The notes beneath the pieces are model-generated. The model ran no database searches, was not told the DNA's origin, and was given only the letters and a program-made list of their open reading frames with translations. 64,000 nucleotides of DNA from Alphaproteobacteria bacterium (GTDB lineage Bacteria; Pseudomonadota; Alphaproteobacteria; GCA-2731375), in NCBI GenBank assembly GCA_965225945.1, contig CBDDBZ010000037.1:288001-352000 (forward strand). The letters are read 5' to 3'. Of this stretch, positions 51,980 through 63,608 are shown piece after piece (within the stretch, counting starts at the first letter, position 1; each line of letters begins with the position of its first letter). The translations under genes and the position numbers were made by a program.

Positions 51980-53500
51980 AGGCAACCGATCCACCTGCCG
52001 CCCGGTCGCCCAGGTGGGCCCACAGGAACCTCCCACGCGCGGTCCGCCGCCAGCCGCGTGGTGGGCGCGTCGGCCCGCGCGCGGGCCCCTCCTATGGACT
52101 ACCTGTACGACCTCCGCCGTGCATCCCCAAAGGGGTCAACATTGCACGCCGATAGGGGGTCAATGTTCAACGCCGATTGACACCTCCTTCAAGGTGTGGC
52201 GGTCGTAGGGAATGCCGGGGAGCGCCTTGGCGTGGAGGATGAACTGTCCGCCTTTGCAACGCTTGTTGGTGGTGGTGAGCGAGACCTTGACGCCGAACTC
52301 GTAGGGCTTCGCGGCTTTGCCTTTGCCGATGCACTCGACCTCGGGGGCATGCCATGAATAGAGCTTCCAGCCGCGCTGGCGTTGCTTCTGGCCACGGATC
52401 TGGCGGGCCCTGAGAAGCGCCGTCGCGAAGACTTCCTCCAGCGCCCGATCGCCCTCGATCTTGCGCTCGATATCACGGATGAGCCGGCCGAGCCGGGTCC
52501 GCAAGAACTTCAGCTCCCGGTTCATCCGCTTGAACTGTTTGGCGTGGGCGTATCGGCCCACCATCATCGCCGCCCGCCGCGCCACCCGAACATAGCTCTG
52601 GCGGAGCTCCACGCCATGGCGCTTGGCCAGCTCGCCGAGCTTGTCGATCGCCCTCTTCAGCAGTTTGGCGTCGGTCGGGAAGGTGATGTTCTTCGGCTGC
52701 ACCGTGGTGTCGACCGTGACCCGGGCGAGATCGCTCTTCTTCAGGGCGCCGGTGTCATGGGCAACGCGCAGGCTCTCTTGCAGCAGGATATCCAGGCGAT
52801 CACCCAGGCGCTTCCTCCAATGGCTCAATCCCGAGCGTTCGTGGGGGAGCCCGTGCTGGAAGAATTCCTCGCCGGTGAAGTACTGGAAGTAGGGATCGTG
52901 CTCCCAACGCTCCCAGAGCTGCTCGTCGGAGAGCGTGTAGGTGTGCTTCAGCACGAACATGCCGATCATGAAGCGGACCGGCTCGGCGGGTCGGCCGTTG
53001 TCGGCGAAGCGGTCCGTCAGGTGTTCCTCGATCCAGGCCCAATCGATCCTCTCGGCCAAGAGGACGAGCGGGTGGCGCATGTTGATGATGTGGTCGAGGC
53101 GCGAACGGAAGAGGTCGTCGTGATCGGCCTTGGGAGACTGCTTCGGTCGCATGGGAGCCCTCATAATCACGAGCTTGACTATAACATGAATCAGCGAAAA
53201 ATAGAACATAAAATCAAACGAAATTGCAAGAAATCCACCTTGCCTCAGGCGATTTCTTGCAAACTCGAACCGTGCCTCACGACGAATACACCAACGATGC
53301 CGCCGAAATTCGGGAATTTAACGGCCGACGAATTAGCACCCCTAATGTTACGTCCGGTATCGAAGGCGCTCCGGACGTGACCTGAGCGAAAGATGGTATA
53401 TCGCGGCGGCTGTGGCTGATGATATCAGGATGATGGCAGCCCCTTCACGCATGATCGATAAATCGGGGTCGCCCTGACCTCGAACATCGAGGAAGGAGCG

Positions 53501-54553
53501 ATGACGATGGCACATTTCGTAGGTCTGGATGTTTCGGTGAAGGAGACGGCGGTATGCGTCGTCGACGAGGTTGGCGAGGTGGTGTTGGAGCGGAAAGTGC
53601 CGACCGAGCCGGACGACATCGTCACGCTGCTGACCTCGATCGGCGTGGCCTATGGCCGGATCGGGATCGAAGCCGGTCCGCTCTCGCAATGGCTGGTCAA
53701 CGGTCTTGCCGCCGCCGGGCTGCCGGTTGTCTGCGTCGAGACTCGGCACATGAAAGCACTGCTCAAGGGGCAGCAGATCAACAAGAGCGACCGCAACGAT
53801 GCGCGCGGCATCGCCCAGATGATGCGGGTCGGGCTGTTCAAGCCGGTGCATGTGAAGACCCTGGTTGCCCAGGAGCAGCGGATGCTGCTGACCAGCCGCA
53901 AGCTGCTCCAGAGAAAACTGCTCGACGTCGAGAACGATCTACGCGGGACGCTGCGCAACTTCGGTCTCAAGGTGGGCATGGTCAGCACCCGCGGGTACGA
54001 GGCGCGGATCCGCGAGCTGGTCGAAGACTTTCCGAAGCTGGCCGCTATCGTGGAACCGCTGCTCACCGTCCGGCGAGTGATGCGCCAGCAATTCGCGGTC
54101 CTCCACAAAATGGTGCTCGACACGGTCCGCCATGACCCGGTCTGCCGACGGCTCATGACGGCACCCGGCGTCGGCGTGGTCGTCGCGCTGACCTACCGGG
54201 CTACCATTGATCAGCCGCAGCGCTTCGTTCACTCCAGGGCGGTCGGCGCGCATGTCGGCCTGACGCCGAAGCGCTTCCAGTCCGGCGAGATCGACTATGA
54301 TGGTCGCGTGTCCAAGTGCGGCGACAGCATGCTCCGCACGATGCTGTACGAGGCCGCGCAGTCCCTCCTCACCCACGGCCGGGAATGGTCCTGGCTGAAG
54401 GCGTGGGGCATGCGAGTGGCCCAGCGACGTGGCATGCGCCGTGCCATCGTCGCCGTCGCGAGGCGCCTGGCCGTAGTTCTGCACCGCATGTGGGTCGACG
54501 GCACCGAGTTCCGCTGGAGCAACGGCCCTGCTGACGCCGTCAAGGCGGCTTGA
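53501..54553 (+). CDS. IS110 DEDD recombinase
   Basis: FVGLDVS, IGIEAG, KSDRNDA, GLTPKRFQSG. Confidence 0.95.
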   Translation: MTMAHFVGLDVSVKETAVCVVDEVGEVVLERKVPTEPDDIVTLLTSIGVAYGRIGIEAGPLSQWLVNGLAAAGLPVVCVETRHMKALLKGQQINKSDRNDARGIAQMMRVGLFKPVHVKTLVAQEQRMLLTSRKLLQRKLLDVENDLRGTLRNFGLKVGMVSTRGYEARIRELVEDFPKLAAIVEPLLTVRRVMRQQFAVLHKMVLDTVRHDPVCRRLMTAPGVGVVVALTYRATIDQPQRFVHSRAVGAHVGLTPKRFQSGEIDYDGRVSKCGDSMLRTMLYEAAQSLLTHGREWSWLKAWGMRVAQRRGMRRAIVAVARRLAVVLHRMWVDGTEFRWSNGPADAVKAA

Positions 54554-54603
54554 ACCTTCGACTGTACTGACAAGGAGATCAACGAGTTCTGCTTAGGCAG
54601 AGA

Positions 54604-54772
54604 GATGTCCTCACGGGGACGACGGGTGGGGTGAGTTCGTAATGTCGGTAGACCCTGCCGCTGACCGGCGGCAAGGACGCGCGAAAGATTGAACCGCCTC
54701 ATCCTCTGATCCCATCATGAGGTGGCCACGCGCCAACCTCGAAGAGAAGCAAGAGCCCCGTGCGGCAACATC
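54604..54772 (+). ncRNA. Predicted bridge/seek RNA of IS110 element B
   Basis: Closing stem GATGT..CACGGGG/CCCCGTG..ACATC with two internal loops matching the target and donor junctions. Confidence 0.75.
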
Positions 54773-54949
54773 CGCCAGTGCGGAACGACGTGAAGAAGGA
54801 ATATGGCATGACGTAACCAGAAAGGGCTTGACCGAGGACGCGATAGAGAAGACGACATTCGAGCTTAAGGGACGTGATACTCAACTCGTAAAGTTGATTA
54901 TTGAGTCCCCTTATCCACCCGACGCCCGCTGGATTGCCGCGGCCCCTTA

Positions 54950-55555
54950 TACCAATCGGCATTAATCAGAACTCATGCGCCCATTTACGCCGCCCGATGG
55001 ACGTGATGTTCCATGGTTGATCGATGAGCTTGTTCCAGGCTTCGCAGCAGGAGGTGATGATCTGCTCGTCGGATTGGAAGACCAAGTTGGACAGCCAGTT
55101 GTCGCGCATGAACTGCCAGATGTTTTCGGTCGGATTGAGCTCCGGCGAGCGTGGTGGCAGGGGCAGGAGGGTAACGTTGGCGGGGATCTTCAGCTTGTCC
55201 GTGGTGTGCCAACCCGCCTGATCGAGGAGCAGGAGGGCATGCGCGCGCGCGCCTACCCGGGAGGAGATCTCCTCCAGATGCAGCTGCATGGCCTGGGTGT
55301 CGCAGTGGGGGAGCACGACCCGACGCCCGCTGGATTGCCGCGGCCCCTTAGAGGTGTGTGCAATTTCGCCGTCGAGCGGGCGCGCTACTCCGCCGCCTCG
55401 GCCATCCGCGCCGCGCCGATTTCGCGCGGGCTGACCCGCTTGGCCCGCTCCATCGGCTTCGGCCAGGCCAAGTGCTCCCATTCGTCTTCCCACAGGTCGG
55501 TGAGCTGCGGCATCCGCCGCACTCAAAGTGAGTCTCCCTCAAGGCCGATTGGTAT
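54950..55555 (-). mobile_element. IS630 copy whose middle is replaced by a copy of its own empty target site
   Basis: Right end 54950-55318, left end 55522-55555, TA duplication; 55318-55514 repeats the flanking sequence. Confidence 0.8.
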
Positions 55556-55591
55556 TAGAGGTGTGTGCAATTTCGCCGTCGAGCGGGCGCG

Positions 55592-56858
55592 CTACTCCGC
55601 CGCCTCGGCCATCCGCGCCGCGCCGATTTCGCGCGGGCTGACCCGCTTGCTCCATCGGCTTCGGCCAGGCCAAGTGCTCCCATTCGTCTTCCCACAGGTC
55701 GGTGAGCTGCGGCATCACCTGTTTGGCGAAGAGCTCGGTGTTGTACTGCGCCAAATCCTTGCTCATGTTGCCGAACTGCAAAAGCATCATCAGGTTGCCC
55801 AGGTTGAACTCGTGGGCGATGGCGCGCAGTTGCTCGGCCACCTCGTCGGGCGTGCCGACGATGACGTAGCCTTGCTCCAGGATGTGGTCGAACTCGGTGG
55901 CGACGTTGAAGCGCTGGATCGCCTTGCTGGCGGCCTGCGCGATCTGGCTTTCCACCTTGGCGCGGATCGTCGCCTCGCTCATGTAGCCGGGCGGGCTCGC
56001 GAATTTGGGGCTGACGTGGAGGCAGCGCCCGTAGAAATATTCCGCCGGCTCCTTGTAGAGTTTCAACGCCTCCTCTCGGCTTTCGGCGACGCCGACGAAC
56101 TGCAGGAAGCCGGCGCGAAACGGATTGCGATCCTTGCCCAGCTTCTCCATCTCGGCCCAGAAGCCGGCCATGGTGCGACGGCCGGCCTTGTTGCCGAAAT
56201 AGGAGAGGTAGCAGTAGACGTAGTCCATCGCCGCGCACCACTGCCAGGTCTCGATCGAGCCACCGCCCGGGATCCAGACCGGCGGATGCGGCTTCTGCAC
56301 CGGGCGCGGCCAGATGTTGACGTAGCGCTGCTGGGTCCAGCGGCCGTTGAAGGCGAAGGGCTCTTCCTCCGTCCATGCCCGCATCACCAGGTCGTGCGCC
56401 TCGTGATAGCGGGGCCGCAGCAGGCTCGGGTTCTGGCCGTAGGCGTAGCAGGTGTCCATCGGAGAGCCGACGGGGAAGCCGGCGATCAGCCGGCCGCCCG
56501 AGATGCAGTCGATCATCGCGAACTCTTCCGCCACCCGGACCGGCGGGTTGTAGAGCGCCAAGCTGTTGCCCATGACGCAGAGCGCGGTGTCGCGGGTGCG
56601 GCGCGCCAGCGAGGCGGCGATCAGGTTGGGCGAGGGCATCAGGCCGTAGCCGTTGTTGTGATGCTCGTTGACGCAGATCGCGTCGAAGCCCATCTCGGAG
56701 GCGAACTCGAGCTCGTCCATGAACTCGTTGTACATCTCGTGCGCGCGCTCGGGATCGAACAGCTCGGAGGGGATGTCGACCCAGACGGAATGGTGCTTCT
56801 CGCGAAAATCGTCGGGCAGCTCCGTATAGGGCATCAGGTGAAACCACAAGAGCTTCAT
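55592..56858 (-). CDS. LLM-class flavin-dependent monooxygenase; 5-nt deletion near the 3' end relative to the duplicate
   Basis: GGAG RBS; GFDAICVNEHH, PSPNL, RVAEEFAMIDCISGGR, PRPVQKPHPPVW, IVGTPDEV. Confidence 0.9.
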
Positions 56859-56908
56859 GGGCTGGCTCCTCGAAATCGAACTCGCGTTCGAAAACTTTAA
56901 CATATTCG

Positions 56909-58192
56909 TTATGCCGCGCGCTCCAGCACGGCGACGAAAAATCCGTCGGTGCCGTGGCGGGCTGGCGTCAGCACCAGGCTCGGGCCCTCGAGAGGCGCTG
57001 CGCCGTCCAGCACCCGGGGCCAGATATCCGCGATGTCGAGCTGTCGAAACGCCGACTGCGCGGCGAGAAACGCCTCGATGACGTCTTCCCCCTCGGCCCG
57101 AAGCGGCGAGCAGACGGCGTATATCAGGCGTCCACCGGGCTTGACGAAGCCGGCGCCCTTGGCGAGCAACGCGCGCTGCCGCTGGCTGTGACGCGCCAGG
57201 TGTTCGGGCGTGAGCCTGAGCCGTCCCTCCGGCTGGCGCCGCCAGGTGCCGATGCCGGAACACGGCGCGTCGACCAGCACGCGATCCGCCCGTTCCCCGA
57301 GATCGGCGCGCCAGGCCGCGTCGTCGGGCAGTGCGCGGGCCTGCACGTTTCGCACACCGGCCCGTTGCACCCGTCGTTTCAGTTCGGCCAGGCGGGAATT
57401 GTCGATGTCGAAGGCGTGGATCTGTCCGCTGTTGGCCATAACCGCCGCCAGCGCCAGGGTCTTGCCGCCGGCGCCGGCGCAGAGGTCGACCACCTGGCTG
57501 CCGGAGCTTGCCTCGACCAGCCGGGAGACGATCTGCGAGGCCTCGTCCTGAACCTCGATCCGGCCCTCGCGGGTGAGCACGTGGTTTTCCAGCGCTGGGC
57601 GCCCCTCCAGCCGGATGCCGTCGGGCGAAAACGGCGAGGCCTGCGCCGCGATGCCATCCTTGGTCAGGCGGCGCAACACGCCGTCGCGCTCGGCGCGGAG
57701 GCGATTGACGCGGAGGTCGACCGGCGCCCGGGTATTGAGGGCCGCGAGCTCGGGCCCGCTATCGCCGCCAAATCGCGCCTCGAAATCGGGCCAGAGCCAG
57801 GCCGGCGCGTTGGCCCTCGCCCATGCCGGGGGAGCTGCCCCCGTCGCCTCGAGGCGGGCCACCAGCCCGGCTTCCTCCGCGTCCAGCGGCGGGGGCCCGT
57901 GGGTTTCGCCGGCGAAGATCGCCTCGGGCGCCAAGTCGCCCTCCCGCGCCGTCGCCAGATGCGCCAACATCAGGCGGCGCGCAACGACGCCCGAGCCCTC
58001 CAGCCGCCAGGACAACTCGAACCAGCGCCGTAATACCCGGTAGACCGCGTCGCCGGTCCAGCGTCGGTCCTTGGCGCCGGCATAGCGGCGGGAGCGGAAA
58101 TAATGGCGAATTTCGGCGTCGGCCGGCGCGCCGCCGCCGGCGATCCGATCGAGGATTTCGATCGCGGCCTGGACCCGCGCCGCCGGCCGCAT
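56909..58192 (-). CDS. rsmB: RsmB/NOP family RNA m5C methyltransferase
   Basis: VQDEASQ, DLCAGAGGKT, VDAPCSG, YAVCS, TDGFF. Confidence 0.92.
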   Translation of the reverse strand: MRPAARVQAAIEILDRIAGGGAPADAEIRHYFRSRRYAGAKDRRWTGDAVYRVLRRWFELSWRLEGSGVVARRLMLAHLATAREGDLAPEAIFAGETHGPPPLDAEEAGLVARLEATGAAPPAWARANAPAWLWPDFEARFGGDSGPELAALNTRAPVDLRVNRLRAERDGVLRRLTKDGIAAQASPFSPDGIRLEGRPALENHVLTREGRIEVQDEASQIVSRLVEASSGSQVVDLCAGAGGKTLALAAVMANSGQIHAFDIDNSRLAELKRRVQRAGVRNVQARALPDDAAWRADLGERADRVLVDAPCSGIGTWRRQPEGRLRLTPEHLARHSQRQRALLAKGAGFVKPGGRLIYAVCSPLRAEGEDVIEAFLAAQSAFRQLDIADIWPRVLDGAAPLEGPSLVLTPARHGTDGFFVAVLERAA

Positions 58193-58206
58193 CGCGCTTC
58201 CTCGCT

Positions 58207-59703
<1,497 letters not shown>

Positions 59704-59755
59704 CTATGCCACGACGGCGCCCGAATGGGTAGGCCGGATGGCACGATTCAGGGCG

Positions 59756-60508
59756 TCAATCAGTCGCGCCCGCCGCCGCCTCGGCGTGAAAGTCGCCGCC
59801 GAGGACGCCGGCCTCGTCGGCACCGAAGATTTTCGGCTGGCTCCGGCGGAAGGCCGCCTCGATATCGGCGTAGGGCAGATCGTCGTGCACGCCCCGATCG
59901 CGGACGTATTCCATGTGGCGTCGGCCCGCCTTGTCGTGGGGGTGGAAGAGGGAATCCTCGACGCCGTCGAACTCCAGCGATTCGACGCCGAATTTCTCGC
60001 AGAGCGAAAGATTGAAGGCGGGCGTCGCCTTGACCCAGCGGGTCCCCAACTTCACGTCGGCATAGCCGTGATAGACGAAGAGGTCGCCGCCGTTGTATTC
60101 CAGCAGCCGTTCCGTCGCCAGGTGATTGCGCACGTCGCCGAAGCCGAGGCGGGCGGGCACGCGCTCGGCCCTGAGGCAGGCCGTCAGCAGGACCGCCTTG
60201 GTGATGCAGAAACCATGGCCGCGATCGATGCAGGCGCTGGCGCGAAAGTGCTCGGGCCGCAGCACCACGCGGTAGGGGTCGTAGCGAAATTCGTCGCGCA
60301 CGGCGTAGTAGAGCAGAATCGCCTTCTCCCTCGGCGTCGTCGCGCCGGCCGCGCGATCGCGCGCAAAGGCGACGACCTTGGGGTGATCGCTGTCGATGAA
60401 CTCGCTCGCTCGAAGATGGCGTTCGAGGGCCGGATCCTCGCGGCTCGCCTCGGCTGGATGCATGATCGTCTCCTCCACGATTCCGTGGCTGATAGCATCA
60501 TCGCTCAA
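59756..60508 (-). CDS. Transglutaminase-like domain protein; start may be 60463
   Basis: [29 protein letters not shown]. Confidence 0.88.
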   Translation of the reverse strand: MSDDAISHGIVEETIMHPAEASREDPALERHLRASEFIDSDHPKVVAFARDRAAGATTPREKAILLYYAVRDEFRYDPYRVVLRPEHFRASACIDRGHGFCITKAVLLTACLRAERVPARLGFGDVRNHLATERLLEYNGGDLFVYHGYADVKLGTRWVKATPAFNLSLCEKFGVESLEFDGVEDSLFHPHDKAGRRHMEYVRDRGVHDDLPYADIEAAFRRSQPKIFGADEAGVLGGDFHAEAAAGATD

Positions 60509-61235
60509 CGCTGGAAAGGGCTTCGCCGCGCCCCCCGGCGGCGCCGCGAAAACCCGTCGCCAACAGGTATATCTCGGCGCTCTCCTTGCGGCTCGCCGGC
60601 GGCTTGACGTGGCGGACCTGGCGAAAGCTCCGCTTCAGATCGGCCAGCAGCTCGGCTTCGGTGCCGCCCTGCCAGACCTTGGCGACGAAGCCGCCACCCT
60701 CCGCCAGCACGTCGGCGGCCAGTGCCGCCGCCGCCTCCACCAGGGCGACGATACGCAGATGATCGGTCGCCCGGTGGCCGGTCGTGCTCGGTGCCATGTC
60801 GCTCAGCACGAGATCGATGCGCCCCGCAATGGCCTCGAGGATTGTCCTCGTCGTCGCGGGATCGAAGATATCTCCGAGCAACACCTCAGCCCCCGGCACC
60901 GCCGTCATCTCCTGGATGTCGAGGGAGAGGAGGCGTCCGCCGCCCGCCTCGCCGGCGCCGATCGCGGCCGCCGCCACCTGGCTCCAGCCGCCGGGCGCGG
61001 CGCCGAGGTCGAGCACCTTAGCGCCCCGCGCCAGCAGCGAATAGCGCTGGTTCAGCTCGAGCAGCTTGTAGGCGGCGCGAGAGCGATAGCCCTCGTCCCG
61101 GGCGGCCCTGACGTAAGGGTCGTTCAGTTGCCGTTCGAGCCAGCGGGTCGAGCCGGCGCTCCGGCCCTTGGCGGTCTTGACCTTGATCTTGGGCGCCCGG
61201 CCCGCGCCGCCGCCCAGCTGAGATGATTTTGCCAT
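60498..61235 (-). CDS. rlmE: 23S rRNA Um2552 methyltransferase RlmE
   Basis: [42 protein letters not shown]. Confidence 0.96.
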   Translation of the reverse strand: MAKSSQLGGGAGRAPKIKVKTAKGRSAGSTRWLERQLNDPYVRAARDEGYRSRAAYKLLELNQRYSLLARGAKVLDLGAAPGGWSQVAAAAIGAGEAGGGRLLSLDIQEMTAVPGAEVLLGDIFDPATTRTILEAIAGRIDLVLSDMAPSTTGHRATDHLRIVALVEAAAALAADVLAEGGGFVAKVWQGGTEAELLADLKRSFRQVRHVKPPASRKESAEIYLLATGFRGAAGGRGEALSSVER

Positions 61236-61247
61236 CGACCGCCCCGA

Positions 61248-62321
61248 CTAGTCGGCGCGGGCGCGGCGGGCTTCGTGGTCGGCGCCGCGCATCAGTTCTC
61301 GCAGCAAGCCCTCTCGAATGCCGCGATCGGCGACCCGAAGGTCGCCCACCGGCCAAGTCCGGCAAATCGCTTCCAATATGGCGCAGCCCGCCACCACCAT
61401 GTCGGCGCGATCGGGGCCGATGCAAAGATGTGCCGCGCGCTGGTCGTAGTTCATCGCCCGGAGCCGGGCCGCCACCCCCAAGGCCTCCTCGAAACTGAGC
61501 CAAACGCCGTCGACCCGGCTTCGATCATAGCGTTCGAGCCCGAGATGGATGCCCGCCAGCGTCGTCACCGTGCCCGACGTACCCAGCATCTGCACTTCGC
61601 CTCGCGCGATCGCCGCCTCGATCTCGGCGGGATCCTCGAAGGCGCCAAGCTCGCGCGCGACCTCCTCGATCATCCGTTCGTAGACGTCCTTGGAGATCCA
61701 GCCGCCGCCGTGCCGCTCGGCCAGCGTCACCACGCCCAGGGGGGCTGAGATCGTGGCGAGGCGGCTCGGCCGGGTACGACGGTCGAGGCGGATCACTTCG
61801 GTGCTGCCACCGCCGATATCGAACACCAGCACCTGGCTCGCGCGCCGCGAGATCAGGGGCAGGCAGCCGGAGATCGCGAGGCGGGCTTCCTCGTCGGTGC
61901 TGATGATTTCGAGATCGAGCCCGGTCTCCCGGCTCACCCGTTCCAGGAAATCGACACGGTTTTCGGCCTTGCGGCAGGTCTCCGTCGCGACCAATCGGGC
62001 GCGGGTCACGCGGCGGCGGAGGATCTTGCGGGCACAGATGGCGAGCGCCTGGATCGTCCGATCCATCGCCGGCTCGGAGATTTTGCCGCTCGCGCCGACG
62101 CCCTCGCCGAGGCGCACGATGCGTGAGAAGGCATCGATGACGCGGAAGCCACGCTGCGTCGCCCGCGCCACGAGCAAGCGACAGTTGTTGGTGCCGAGAT
62201 CGAGCGCCGCATAGGTGTGGGCGAACCGCCCGTTGCCGCGTCGTCGCCCGTCATGGTTCGCCGCCGACGAAGCCTTCTCCCTGGGTCGGCCGGCGCGTTT
62301 GTCGACCCTCGCGACGTCCAT
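61248..62321 (-). CDS. ppx: Ppx/GppA phosphatase family protein; start 62321 or 62330
   Basis: ALDLGTNNCRLL, VRLGEG, DIGGGSTE, DRGIREG. Confidence 0.93.
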   Translation of the reverse strand: MDVARVDKRAGRPREKASSAANHDGRRRGNGRFAHTYAALDLGTNNCRLLVARATQRGFRVIDAFSRIVRLGEGVGASGKISEPAMDRTIQALAICARKILRRRVTRARLVATETCRKAENRVDFLERVSRETGLDLEIISTDEEARLAISGCLPLISRRASQVLVFDIGGGSTEVIRLDRRTRPSRLATISAPLGVVTLAERHGGGWISKDVYERMIEEVARELGAFEDPAEIEAAIARGEVQMLGTSGTVTTLAGIHLGLERYDRSRVDGVWLSFEEALGVAARLRAMNYDQRAAHLCIGPDRADMVVAGCAILEAICRTWPVGDLRVADRGIREGLLRELMRGADHEARRARAD

Positions 62322-62504
62322 ATTTCTCATGCCTCCGTGCCAAGCATCTCGCATGGCGACGGCGCGCGCAACCGCCGGGGCGAGATCTCGGCGCACCTGG
62401 AGATTGGCGTCACCGGCGGATTTGGCTAGGCTCGTGCTCGGAAGCGCATTCACCTGGGAAAGTCGGCTCCGACTTATCCGTTGACGGATTGACGAACTTT
62501 CCAC

Positions 62505-63560
62505 ATGGCCCTGCTCACGACCACGATCGGCGCCTATCCGAAACCGGACTACGTGCCGATCGGTGATTGGTTCAGCGCACCCAATGGTCCTGACACGGCC
62601 GATCCGACCAAGGCTTACGCGGCGGAGATGACCGGGGCCGGCGACGGCGCCGAGGCGCTTTTCCGCAGGGCGACGCGCGAGGTCATCGAGGATCAGCTGG
62701 CCGTCGGCATCGACATTCCGACCGACGGCGAGGTCCGGCGGGAGAACTACATCCACTACCACTGCCGCCACCTGGACGGAATCGACTTCGACGTGATCAC
62801 GGAATGGAGAATGCGGGGTCACTACATGGCCCGCGTGCCGACGATCACGGGTCCGCTCAGAGCGGGTGCGCCCTTTCTCGCGGCGGAATGGACGGTGGCG
62901 CAAGGGAATTGTGAACGACCGGTGAAAGCGACCCTGCCGGGCCCGATGACGATCGCCAACTCCGTGGCCGATGCCTATTACGGTGATGGCGAGACGCGGG
63001 ACCGCGATCTCGCCATCGCCCTGAATGCCGAGGTCCTCAGCCTCGCCAAGGCCGGCTGCCAGCACATTCAGATCGACGAGCCGCTCTTCGCCCGCCAGCC
63101 GGAAAGAGCGCTCGGCTTCGGGATCGCCAATCTCGAGCGCTGCTTCGCGGGCCTCGACGACACGGTCACCAAGACGATGCACATGTGCTGCGGCTATCCG
63201 AAGGGGCTCGACGTTGCCGACTACCCGAAGGCGCCGATGTCCAGTTATCCCGCCTTGGCCGAGGCCCTCGATCAATCGTGCATCGACGCCGTCAGCTTGG
63301 AGGACGCGCATCGCCATAACGATCTCGAGGGGCTGTTGGGCCGCTTTCGAGAATCGATCGTCATCCTTGGCTCCGTCGCCATCGCCGCAAGCGAGATCGA
63401 GCCGATCGCGCAAATTGCCGAGCGGCTTCGCGAGGCGCTCGGCACTATCGAGGCCGAACGGCTCTGGGTCGCGCCTGACTGCGGGCTCGGCCTCCTCGGC
63501 CGCGAACGAGCCATGGCGAAGCTTGCCAACATGTGCCTGGCGGCCCGTCAGGTCGGTTGA
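62505..63560 (+). CDS. Cobalamin-independent methionine synthase II family protein (single-barrel MetE-like)
   Basis: TTIGAYPKP, TDGEVRR, PGPMT, IQIDEP, HMC, PDCG zinc ligands. Confidence 0.9.
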   Translation: MALLTTTIGAYPKPDYVPIGDWFSAPNGPDTADPTKAYAAEMTGAGDGAEALFRRATREVIEDQLAVGIDIPTDGEVRRENYIHYHCRHLDGIDFDVITEWRMRGHYMARVPTITGPLRAGAPFLAAEWTVAQGNCERPVKATLPGPMTIANSVADAYYGDGETRDRDLAIALNAEVLSLAKAGCQHIQIDEPLFARQPERALGFGIANLERCFAGLDDTVTKTMHMCCGYPKGLDVADYPKAPMSSYPALAEALDQSCIDAVSLEDAHRHNDLEGLLGRFRESIVILGSVAIAASEIEPIAQIAERLREALGTIEAERLWVAPDCGLGLLGRERAMAKLANMCLAARQVG

Positions 63561-63608
63561 GCACTTGCGCTCCGTCCGTCCGCACTTCCCGGCGGCTTCA
63601 CGGGGAAC

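Larger units (their letters stand above)
49638..52182 (+). mobile_element. Complete IS21-family element (copy 3)
   Basis: TGT...ACA ends with repeated TTGACCCC boxes; 7-bp TSD CCTCCTT. Confidence 0.95.
49143..53329 (-). mobile_element. IS5-family element interrupted by IS21 (transposase 53152-52190 plus 49637-49269)
   Basis: IR GTCGGC(T/C)GTTAA; flanking GAATTA duplication; DLFRSRLDHIIN, VDTTVQPKNITFPTD, YVDKGYRG, RRRSAIEAVIGH. Confidence 0.9.
53394..54852 (+). mobile_element. Complete IS110/IS1111-type element B
   Basis: AAGA core at 53390-53393 and 54849-54852; subterminal IR TATCGCG/CGCGATA; long 3' non-coding end. Confidence 0.85.

Noticed and set aside
54828-54852. Circle-junction promoter for IS110 element B
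   Set aside because: With the guide-supported AAGA core, TTGACC lies 22 nt from TATATC, too far for a sigma70 promoter
53336-54915. Hairpin-rich flank of IS110 element B as an integron attC site
   Set aside because: No RYYYAAC/GTTRRRY boxes seen and the integrase is not IntI-like
43260-55345. CCCGACGCCCGCTGGATTGCCGCG (three copies) as a REP or CRISPR repeat
   Set aside because: No regular spacing and no cas genes; explained by duplicated LLM 3' regions and the IS630 empty-site copy
61248-63413. 721-aa extended Ppx
   Set aside because: The N-terminal half is the antisense shadow of the MetE-like gene; the real start is near 62321
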